Below are positions 18,688-30,300 of a DNA stretch of 64,000 nucleotides, piece after piece (positions within the stretch are counted from its first letter, which is position 1; every line of letters begins with the position of its first letter). Under the pieces are notes generated by a model that worked only from the letters and a program-made list of their open reading frames with translations, searched no databases and had not been told where the DNA came from. Source of the stretch: Macrostomum lignano (lineage: Eukaryota); contig NIVC01001745.1 of the NCBI GenBank assembly GCA_002269645.1, positions 62,001 to 126,000 on the forward strand. Direction: 5' to 3'. The position numbers were made by a program, and so were the translations under genes.

Positions 18688-21681
18688 CTAAACTGGCATT
18701 GGCTCCTTCACTTTTAACAGTTCATCGTAATCCCACTGCGGTTTTAAATGGAAGAACTCCAGAAAATTGCGAGCCACGCCTCGGTCGAAGGGATTCCAAA
18801 ATTTTCCCTGAGCATCCTGCAAATACTTGTAGCGCTGCATGTTCATCAACTCGTTCGTTGTGATGTTCTTGGCGGCGTTGTACCACTGGAATTGGGGGAA
18901 TTGCAACTGCCATTTAGACTGGAATAAGAATATTGTTCAGCCTAGGGTGGCAGCTGAAGGATCAGGGAGGGGTGACAGCTCCTGATGAAGGATCGGAAGG
19001 ATCGGCAGCTGAAGAATCGGGGAGTGGCAGCTGAAGGATCGGGGAGGGGTGGCAGCTGAAGGATCGGGGAGGAGTGGCAGCTGAAGGATCGGGGAAGGGT
19101 GGCAGCTGAAGGATCGGGGAGGGGTGGCAGCTGAAGGATCGGGGAGGGGTGGCAGCTGAAGAATCGGGGAGTGGCAGCTGAAGAATCGGGGAAGGGTGGC
19201 AGCTGAAGGATCGGGGAGGGGGAGGCAGCTGAAGGATCGGGGAGGGGTGGCAGCTGAAGGATCGGGGAGGAGTGGCAGCTGAAGGATCGGGGAGGGGTGG
19301 CAGCTGAAGGATCGGGGAGGAGTGGCAGCTGAAGGATCGGGGAAGCGTGGCAGCTGAAGGATCGGGGAGGGGTGGCAGCTGAAGGATCGGGGAGGAGTGG
19401 CAGCTGAAGGATCGGGGAGGGGGTGGCAGCTGAAGGATCGGGGAGGGGTGGCAGCTGAAGAATCGGGGAGTGGCAGCTGAAGAATCGGGGAAGGGTGGCA
19501 GCTGAAGGATCGGGGAGGGGTGGCAGCTGAAGGATCAGGGAGGGGTGGCAGCTGAAGGATCGGGGAGGGGTGGCAGCTGAAGGATCGGGGAGGGTGGCAG
19601 CTGAAGGATCGGGGAGGGGTGGCAGCTGAAGGATCGGGGAGGGTGGCAGCTGAAGGATCCAGGAGGGGTGGCAGCTGATGGCTAAAGGATGAAGGCCACC
19701 TTACCCCATATCTGTTGATGATGATGAGCATGATGCCGAACAAAGCCTGTAGCGGCACGCCAATCATGTAGTCCCATCGGTAGGGCCGGCCCTCGATGTT
19801 CCACACGATCCAGATCAGATTCAGCGAGATTACGCCGGACAAGACGCAGAATGTCACGAACAGAAGGAAGCTGTGCCTGCGTGCGCGGGAGGGATGAATA
19901 GGCCGCATAAATCATTATTTAAATAGGCCTAACCACGGATTTGAATGTTAATAAAGATCTTAAGCAGTTAGATCCCAAGCTTAGATTGGTATAAACATCC
20001 CCATAATCAACCAAAACCACCTTGTCACGGCTGCTCACCTGTTGTTAGCTCCAACGCAGTTGTACACGTAGGGGCAGTGATGATCCATGTGCGACACGCA
20101 CCTGTTGCAAATTTTGCAGTGCTTGGACCGCAACGGTTTCACGGCTCGGCAGGTGTGGCACAGCCGCTCCAACTGGCTGGAACCGGATCCCGCCAGCTTG
20201 ATGGCCTGATCGTACTCAGGCTGGTTCCTGGCCAGGTAGCCTGGATCGCTCAGGTTGGTGTGGTAGAAGCAGATCCACATGAGCGCATTGAAGCAGATGA
20301 ACAGGTAGTTCATGCCGGGGTACTGCTCAATGGTGAGCGGGAAGCCTCGAACAATATAGTTTGAGTAGCCCCAAACTCCGACTGTGATTAGAAAGAACAG
20401 CAGCGGGCAGCGGGTGTTTCCGGGCGGGCCAAACAGCAGGTGACTCCAATTAAGCTCTTCTCCCAGCATCGAGGATTGGCTGCGCTGTTGCTTGTTCAGG
20501 AAGTGCTCAATTTCCAGGTGACGACGCCCGGCCGCGAGTTGAATTGGAGTTCGGCCGTTATTGTCCGCCACGTTGATTGCCACCTGAGATACAGGTGAGG
20601 AGAGGGGGTGAGTTCTTTATGGGTAAATGTTTATGAGATTTTCTAACTTACTATTTGTACGTTGGCTTGCCTAGGTAATTATTATCCGTGATTTTATTAC
20701 TGCTTATTGTAATTAAATACCTGTCTGTTGGCTTGTCTAACTGATTATCTGTGATTTTATTACCGCGTATTATAGTTAAATACCTGTCTGTTGGCTTGCC
20801 TAGCTAATTATGTGTGATTTTATGACCTTTGAACTAATTGCTTACCTGTAGTTAGTCGGCGTGCTTATCGATGATTAAATGACTGAAATCTATCTAACAT
20901 TGCTTGATTGTCTTGTTTATTAAAATAAAACTTCGCGCACCTAAGTGCGCAGACTTGCGGTAAAAGTAAGCCTTTTTACCTTATCAACAAAGCACAAATC
21001 GCGCACAATAGCCAAGCTGCCACCGATGCAGGCAAAGTGCAGCGGCGTCTGCCCGTAAACGTCCTTCGCCTCCGGCTGGCAGCCAGCGTAGACCAGCAGT
21101 CGCATTAGGTCGGCCTGGCCTTTGAACGCGGCCCAGTGCATCGCTGTGTCGCCTTCCAAGTCGAATGCGGCGATGGCGGCGCCGCGGGACATCAGATAGA
21201 TTGCCGCCACCGTCTGGCCGTACTGGCAGGCTACCAGGAGCGGAGTGGCGCCTTTTTCGTCTCTCTGATCTATGCTAGCGCCGCACCGGTCCAGCAGGAA
21301 TTCAATGATGGTCACGTGACCGTTAACACTGGCCCAGTGAATCGGCCTCTGGCCAAGCTCGTGACTGCTCGTCAGGTTGCACAGGCCGGGATCTTGACTG
21401 GCGATGAAGTCCAGCACTCCTAGGCGGTAGTTCAGGCTGGCCCAGTGCGCCGCCGTGTGCCCCGCATCGTCGCGGCTGGCCAGAAGGTTGGCAGCAGCGT
21501 CGGCTTCTTCAGCTACTCGATGATGCAGATAGTCGAGATCGCCTCGCCTGGCTGCCTCGAAGATATCACGGCTGGGGGCCTCGGCGGCGGCTGTTGCAGC
21601 GGCTCGCAAGAGTTGCTTCTTGCTTTGACCAACGCTGGTCTTGTAGACCTCGACAAATGAGCCAACAATGCTGCTGGCCAT
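18688..21681 (-). CDS. zdhhc17: Ankyrin-repeat DHHC palmitoyltransferase, ZDHHC13/17 (HIP14)-like (~538 aa)
   Basis: Exons 21681-20980, 20583-20039, 19876-19705, 18885-18688, phase-consistent. Ankyrin repeats (GHTAAHWA, GQRPIHWA, GATPLLVA, GDTAMHWA, GQTPLHFA), CRD CHTCRAVKPLRSKHCKICNRCVSHMDHHCPYVYNCVG, NITTNE and WNPFDRG motifs. Confidence 0.93.
18945..19680. repeat. 24-25-bp minisatellite (GGCAGCTGAAGGATCGGGGAGGGGT)n, ~30 copies, filling zdhhc intron 3
   Basis: Direct tandem repeat starting just after the donor at 19704. Confidence 0.95.
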
Positions 21682-22870
21682 GACCCAATGCTAACTTCTG
21701 ATCTTAACAAGATGCTTAGCCTGCAATAAATAGATGGCATTCATGATTAAATAGACTTAATGTATTATATTTTTTTAAAAGTCCCTGAGAGCAATACATT
21801 CTTTTGTTCCCTAAATCAACTTTTATATTAAATACTAATGTTATGAGTCATGCTTACTAATTATAATGCATACTCATACAAACAATTCATAACTCAAAAA
21901 CTCAGTTTGATAAGTCAGAAAAAATAAGTTAAGAATTTAACTATACCTGTGAGCAATGAGAATAGTAAAGTTTACCACTTTATTAATGTTTAGAAATCTA
22001 CTTTTTTAGAAAAATCAAGGACAATGACAATTGAACACAAATCTTAGTTTTATTATTTGTTTGAACTTGGTGATAAACTGTTTAAAAATAACAAAAATAC
22101 TGATAAAGGCTGCCCATAGTGGTTGAAAACCACATATTTACTTTGTGACCAAAAAGGTGTAAAATTAAATAAATTAGGGAAGGGGGTCAGGCAGCTTAAA
22201 ACCTTAGAACCACCCTTACTATGTATGATGGTAATCCAATATGATAAGCAGAAATATATATTTTTTACTACTGACATTAAATCTACACCCGACCATGCCC
22301 GATAAAATCATACTTATCGTAACCAAAATTTAGTCAAAGTATGCAAGTTAAGCGAAGGTATAATAAATAAAACATTTTCGTAAAAAACAGCTCAAGATTA
22401 AACTGTCATTTTTATAAAAATTGAAAAGACAGTTAAAACTATTTTTTAAGCTTTCTTCACTGTAAATTATACAAGCTTTGTTTATATTTGTTCTTCTAAG
22501 AGCAACAGTTTAAATGTTAGAAAAAAAATTTGTGGAAACATGAACTTCTGAATAGATATAGATAGATCAACCTGGAGAAGTCCTTCGACAGCTTCTAGTT
22601 CTGGGTTGCTCATTATTATACCATTTAGTGAAGTCAGTGGACTATTGACTGCTATGAGTATGGACTAACTTGTTTTAACTTATTGAATTGATTTTTTAAC
22701 TCAAAATAATTTAATGCAGTAAACTAGGATTATGCCATGGATATCATTATCATATGTAGTTATACATATATTTGATATAATGATGGAACTAAAAAGCTAT
22801 AGCTAATATTATTATAAGCTAGTATGCTTTATTTTTTATAGATATATGACACTTGTCACTTACCAATTTT

Positions 22871-23045
22871 GGGCACTAGGCCTAGTTCCCAGTGAGCTCC
22901 GCGAAACCCACAAACCCAAGGACACGCGCGAAGCGCGTGTCCTTGGGTTTGTGGGGTGAGCGGAGCGAACGCGCGAGGCACAAAGTGCCGAGCATGAGGA
23001 ACAAACAGCCAGCCAATGCGCGAAGCGCATTGGGTGGTCTGGCTT
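22871..23045 (-). mobile_element. Hairpin cluster ending in CTAG|T; possible Helitron-type 3' terminus
   Basis: 23-bp perfect stem with GAA loop (22907-22955), 9-bp stem with GAA loop (23013-23033), GGCAC-AAA-GTGCC (22977-22989), palindrome ACTAGGCCTAGT (22875-22886). Confidence 0.45.
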
Positions 23046-26000
23046 GTGACGAATATAATAATATGAGACGTGTGCATCGAAAAAATGACAAGAAAAATCT
23101 CACAAAAACTGCTGTAACTTCAAAACTACAAGTGCGAATTTCACAAGTGAGGTGTCATTTTAAAGAGAAGAATCTGATCTATTTAACGAGTATAGTTTTG
23201 TATGGATTCACTGCGGAGAAAAGGAACAGGCTTCAGTTGAAATGTTTGTCTTAAGATTATGTCTTTACAAAAGTGCATTTCCTCATGCACATTAAAACTC
23301 GAGCTAAAAATGTTCGAGGGTTATAGGTGCGCCTTACTAAGATGCATAACATTATTGGGTTGTTTTTTTCAATTGTATCAAAAAGTTGGCACTTTGGTTG
23401 CAAAAAATGCAAAAATTGAAAATGTACTTTTACAGTTTTTTGCATTTTTTTCTATACTGCTAATAGTTAAGCATACATACTATGCACCAATCGATGCGCA
23501 ATTCAAAGATACACAAGTGTGGAAGTTTTCAATTCTTAAACATTTGAAATCAGAAAGTTATCGACGAAAGACTAAAAATCATGATCTCAAACTGATTTGA
23601 GGAAAAGTGCTCATTATAATTTTTGGAATATGGAAGAAACAATTCAACGCCGTCATCTAATTCCAAACTAACTGTACTTTAAGGTACTGCGATGATTTTT
23701 TTATTGAAAGAGCGAAACCTGTTTAAATATTTGAAAAAATGGAAAAAAAGTACCTTTTTTCATAGAAATACTCTCTTTTGACTGCTTAATCCGATTTCCA
23801 ACAACAAAATAGTTGCTTTCCTGCTGGTGCAAACCGTTATTAGGGTGAATTTTCAAAATTGCATACTGTGCCAAAAGTAAACTGAAGCTTAATATTTATA
23901 AACATTAGAAACGGGACCACTAATGGGTATTTTACTTTGGTTACTTACTATGGACTAAACTGGCACTGGCAGAGACAGATTTGAGAGAAACTAATTGCTC
24001 CATTGTATTTGTATTTGGCTCCAGCGTTACAAATTACAATAGCTATTTCGGGGTCTAACCGGCTAAGTTATCAAAAAAGCTAGATACCAATCACCAGTTT
24101 CATCATCAGCTATACCTACCACGATTTTATAGTCACATCTCACATGCAACAGTAATACCCTCCTTTAAAAGTTTTCAATATCTAAAATGATGTGTTAAAT
24201 TTTATAAAATTTCATAAACAGTGAAATTTTAGCTGTTTACGTGCTGGTGGTTTGAACGTAGCTACTTTGTGCGAAAATACACTGTCATTAATACCGTACC
24301 TATTATTGTATTTATTGTATTGAAAGTTGATGTGTAAATTGTACTTTTCTATTTTTTGTCATTCGTTATCGCACTCGGGCCGGCCTGCCTGCCTTGTGGG
24401 GTGTGGTGGCCTTGGCCACTTTCTCCCCCTTCTGCTAGGATCCAAAGCAAGCTTTCAAGTGTACATTTAATATTATCGATCGATTATTTAAAACAAGCCT
24501 CTAGTGGCTGGTGTTGAGAGTGAGTGGCCTTGAGTGTACGCGAAAGCAAGAGGAAGCCCATGGGCGGACTATATGAACCTTCCTTTAGTGGAAAGTTGGG
24601 CCTTGTGCATTGGATAGTGTACGCTACACAAGACAGAAGGTAAAGAGAAAGAGAACGACAGGCTAGCCAATAGCGATAGCATGTGCTTCTTTCTCTCCAG
24701 TCCACTATGGTAGGGGGGGGGGGGGGGTGTCAGACGGCCCAACTCTAACCCCCATACCCAAAACAGCGTACATGTAGAATAAGAAGGGATTGGGTCCAGA
24801 TAAGTCTTCCCAAATGTACATGTATGTACAAAGACAAACACAGACAAGAAAAATGGCTCTAAAAACCATTGTTATTGTTACACTGTGTGTCTATTTTTAT
24901 TAACTTGACTTTGACTTGTCTTTACTCTAGCATGGTCAAGGATAATTACTGTTACTTCATACCTAATTTACAATTAATTGCATAAGATTAAGAAGGAATA
25001 ATACAATCGAGGTCGAACCCATGATCACTTGACCCACCCACCCATGATCACTTCTGATTCTGACCTACATGTATCTACTATATCCTGCCAGTTTCTCCAG
25101 TTTTATGGGTCTTGGTGTCGGTGATTCGAGCAATTCCATTACATTTTATCGGTGCAGTGCGTCTATTAATGCTTAGCTACTTGTATATGTGTTGCAGAAC
25201 TTATGCTCGTAGTTTCCCTTCTAGGGATGTTGACCCCGGGAGTGCTCCCCGGGGAGCTTGTCGGGGAATACTCTCCGGGGAATTTAACCGGGGACCCTGG
25301 GGAGAAAAAATATGAAAAAATGCATTTGTAACTTAATTTTTGCCATTAAAATAAGAAACTGATTCACAGAAAGCTGATTGAAACTCTGTCTATGCTCTTT
25401 TACCGCATAATTGCTTATTTCAATGCATTACATGTATTTGAAACACAACACACGTTTGATTGTTTTTTCACTAATAAGTCATTCAATCAAGCAAATTGCA
25501 CGTAGAAAAGAAACCCGTCAGGAAAAAGAAGCCTTACTGACTAGTGACTGCTGTGTTGGTCTGCGTTGACGGCTTGACGCAGGCGCAGCGCTGCGTCATG
25601 CGTCAGGCACTGACGCATAGGGGGGTGTCATACATATACTCCCTATTAGACAAGGACAAAATGGTGATTTACATATATATGCAAGAAATAAAATTCCGAT
25701 TATAAAAACAGTCTCATTCATTAATTATCCTCTCACGAGCGTAGCTGTTTAGCATGCATTCCAACAAATGCACTTTTCCGATAAAGGTGCGCGCACGATT
25801 TCGTGATGCCACATTGTCAAATACAGTTTAAAAAAACATTGTTTAAAATTTTTACCCCTGCGCCTTGAACATGTAGTACAAAGCTTAAATCAAAGTTTAA
25901 AAAATTCCACTTACAATCTAAGTGATCCGCCGTTTTTACTTATTTTTTCTTTTCACCGGGGTCCCCGATAAGATAATTCCCTGGGGAATCGACATCCCTA

Positions 26001-27346
26001 ATTCCCTTCCTATAAATCATTTGACGTTAGAGACATTTTACAACTCTCGCCCTACTTTATCTATTAGGCTAACTTTATGTATGACACGACGCAAAATATT
26101 AGGAGCATCAGCGTTAATAATGCCTTGAAAGTCTTTAAATAATCGATACAACACTAGGTATTATAAAATTCCAACCCCAAAGCTCACTGGGGCGAAAAGA
26201 CTTTGTCTTCATTAACTAGTCTTTAATAAATGTTAGGCCTAATATAGGCCTATTAATAAGTGTTACAATATAAAAGCATTATGATTTTTATAAACCTTAT
26301 AGACTATCATTAAAAGTCAAATGAGAAGTTACAACATAACACGATGAATATTTTAATTTCCTTAGGCATCTAATTAATATTTGTTTATGATAATGATCAT
26401 CCAATATAGCAACTTTTTACTTATTTATAAACTTAAGTAAATTTTATAAAATTATGAACAGATTTATTGTTTGCATATAATTATAAGCATTACTTTAATT
26501 TACTTCTTTCCTAATATTTTGTAACCTTCTAAGTTTCTACTTTCTATTATATCTATTAAGCTGTGCCTCTAGTACTATTTAAAGCAACCTTCTTGGTCAT
26601 ATTTCATTATTAATTAATTAGGTTTTGAGTTTTAAATAAACAAGCTAATTCTTACCTTATATTTATTTACTTTTAATAGTTTTTTGTATTCAAGTTTTTA
26701 TTTATTATTTGTAACTTTTTTAGCTTATAAAGTAAATTGCTTGGATTATCTTTGTTAGATCAGCTAAAAAAATAGAAAAGCAAAGACAGTGCATTATAAA
26801 GTCTATTTTTTGGAAGAAGAATAAAGCTTATATATTTTCTATGTTAACATTAATGCTAATATTAATTGATTAAAATTCATGCCTATGTAATTCCTTTGAT
26901 TTACATTGGCTATATGACTTACTCTATGACAAAGAAGCAATCTGCCTAAAAAAGAAACAAGAAAAATTAATATAATTTTTGGGAAATGGCAGGAATAAAT
27001 ATGTCTATATCTTTTTGGATAAAAAGTTGTTATATTTATATGCTCATAATCATAATCAAAGATATTAATAAGGCACTTAGGTAAATTAAAATATATTTGT
27101 AATATTTCAACTTCTTGTTAGACTTATATTATTGTTTTTTTGCATCTTTGGTGTTATTGGAATTGCCAATAATGTTTGCAATAATTTTCGTTACCTCCCA
27201 AATTTATGCAAACTTATTAATCTATTAATGCAAACAATCTTAATGGCAGTCTATTAATAATTAATGAAAACCTTAATGCTTATTAACACTTATTAACAGA
27301 AGTCTACTTTTGAAATATCCTAAAATACTTTCTATTAAAATTTCAG

Positions 27347-30300
27347 ATGAATAATAATCCAGGACTATACCTAGGTGGTAACCCTAGCCTAGCCTCAGCT
27401 GGACCTGCACCTGCTATTAATGACTTATCAGCAGGATTTTATGTAAACAGCATTTGATATTAAAGTTGTGTCTGTTTTGTCAAACAAAAATTGTAGTATA
27501 ATATTTGAGAACTACTTCATTTTTGTAGCCAAGGGCACCAGCAGGTGTTGGTCCCCCCAACACTGGTCAATATGGAGCAACTTGTCTGTCTGGCAGGATG
27601 CAGGGCCTAAACTTATTGGGTGGCAACAGCCGCATGCCTGGAGTTGGTGGCACTGCCAGCCTTATGACTAGTCAGGTACTGTTCTAACTAGCTATAATAT
27701 TTTGTTTTAGCATTGTATAACTGCTTGTATAACCATTGTATAACTGCTCAGATGAGCATTTTGGCTGCTACTGTCTTACCTGGACGGCAGCAGCAGCAGA
27801 TGTCCCTGCCTAAGCCTGCTATGCTGCATCACCATCGCTGTCACAGTCTGTCAGCTCATGGCCTGCCGCCTTATTCTACTGCTTCTTGTGGATCGCTTAG
27901 CAAAATTATAGGGACAGTATCTGCTGCCCCCGCAATCTTGGTCTGACTCTTTTTTCTGTTTCTTTGTTCAATTGATTTCTTTTCAGTTTAAATCTGCAAG
28001 TTTCAAGTTAAATTTTTATTTCCTCAAAATGTTGATTTGATTTGCTTAGTTTCTAGTTAGTTTTATATTGGCCATAAAGGGTTAGAACATTTTTTATCAA
28101 AGAAATTTCAAACTTTCTCAGTTTGATCTCATGATCTCATCTCTCAGTTTCATTTCATTATCTCGTCTCTCAGTTTAATCTCGCATTCTTATCTCTCTGT
28201 TTGATCTCATGATCTCATCTCTCTGTTTGATCTCATGATCTCATCTCTCAGTTTGATTTTATGATCTCATCTCAGTTTGATCTTATCTATCAGTTTAATC
28301 TCGCGTTCTCATTTCTCAGTTTGATCTCATCTCTCTGTTTGATCTCATGATCTCATCTCTCAGTTTGATTTTATGATCTCATCTCAGTTTGATCTTATCT
28401 ATCAGTTTAATCTCGCGTTCTCATCTCTCTGTTTGAACTCACGATCTCATCTTTCAGTTTCATCCCACGATCTCATCTCTCAGTTTTATCTCAATGTCAT
28501 CTCTCAGTTTAATTTCATGTTCTCATCTCTCTTTATCTCCCATTCGCGCATTCGCTACTAAAACGTGCAAGTTAAGCCGAGATGGTCGCGGTTAGTACGC
28601 AGCTGAATAGGCTGATAATAATTGCAGCAGGAGGGCTGTAGGCAACGCCCTCGGCGACATTGTTCAACAACCAGCGCTGAGGCAGTTGTGCCCATTCCGA
28701 GCCCCAAATGAATCTGCTTGCGCGCGGAATCAAATCAGGGGCCGTTGCGCGAGTCAGCATTCTGTGTTACTAAACTCCGTAGAATCCCCGCCTGCAGTAC
28801 AGAATGAAAAACCCTCACCATCCCTCCATCGCGACACTCGCCAGCCTCCGCCATCACTCGGCCACTCCGCCTCTTCTCCGTCCATGTCCGCCCAGCTGGC
28901 AGCCGCCGCCGCTGCCAGATCTCGTCACCAGCAGCATCCAGCCGCTATCGACGAATTCGCCGCTGCGTCGTTTTTCTTTGACAGCACCGGAGGCAGAGTC
29001 GGCGGCTCGGCCGGTCTTGAGCAGCAGCAGCAACAGCAGCAGCAGCAGGGCAAAGCTAACAATGGCGGCAGGCTCGAACCGCCGCCTTGGTACGTATGCG
29101 CGCCGGCCGGTGATCAGAGCCAGTTCAGCAATAGAGGCGACGCGCTCACCTATATGGAGGCCGAAACGCGGCGATCTCTGCTGGCTAGAGCGCATAGCTT
29201 GCAGGTAAAAATCAAGGCTGTGGGTGGCTATTGGGAATTTAGGGATCAAATTTGTACTGAGAATGAAGATTATAGGGAAGATTCTGGGGAATAAGATGAC
29301 CGGATTTTAGGAAGCTGATAGTGGAGAAGATTGGATTGGTTGGTGATTGTTAGATTGGCAAAAAATTTGTGGGAGATTAAAGTAGGAGATCATTGGGATC
29401 CAGGGGATCAGAGTGGGAGATCATTGGGATCTGGATGATTAGAGTGGAAGATCATTCAGATCGAGAGGATTAGAGTGGGAGATCATTCAGATCGAGAGGA
29501 TTAGAGTGGGAGATTATTCAGATCTAGAGGATTAGAGTGGGAGATCATTCAGATCTAGAGGATTAGATTGGGAGATCATTCAGATCGGGAGGATTAGAGT
29601 GGGAGATCATTCAGATCCAGAGGATTAGAGTGGGAGATTATTCAGATCTAGAGGATCATTGTGGGGGATCATTCAACTCTAGGAATTAGTACCTATGTAT
29701 TCGAAATACATAATTCGCCGTCCCTCTCTCTCCAGGTGCGGTCGGACCCGTTGCCGGGCCTGCCGCAGTCGCTGTTGCATTATTCCCAGCTGACGCCGCT
29801 AGAGAATCCCAGCCAGATACGCCGGTCGGCAACCCTCGGCTTGCCCAGCCTATGCTACAAAGCGTACAACGCCCGCCAGCAGCAGTGGGTGCTGTTGCGC
29901 AGATTTGTTGGCGCATCATTTCAACCGGCTAACGAAGCCATTGCGCATCTGGACGCGCTCAAGGAGGCCGATCATCCGCATTTAGCGCCAGTTCGCGACG
30001 CGTTCTATACTCAAGCGTTCGGCGATCAGTCCGCCTGTCTGGTTACCGACTTTTATCCTGGCTGCGCCACTATGCTGCTGGTGCACTGCTCGGATCCTAT
30101 GAAGGTTTTTGCCATTTTTTTTAATGAGTCTGCGCGCAATTGTACTGCTTAAGGGCTGTTGAGTTTCAAACAGTGTGATGCTTGTAGGGTGGTGGAGACA
30201 GGTGTCCGAAGGGAAGGGCGCTAGAGACCGATGTCTGTAAAGAGTGGAGACATGTGTTTATATAAGGGATGGAGACAGGTGTCTGTAAAGAGTGGAGACA

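Noticed and set aside
18937-19908. 323-aa Pro-rich ORF continuing from zdhhc exon 3
   Set aside because: Read-through into an intronic minisatellite; a strong GTAAG donor at 19704 and the conserved TTxE exon downstream explain the gene.
24090-24120. Hammerhead core-like CTGATGA...GAAAC on the minus strand (also CTGACGA at ~3008, CTGATGA at ~18983)
   Set aside because: No stem II or flanking helices can be formed.
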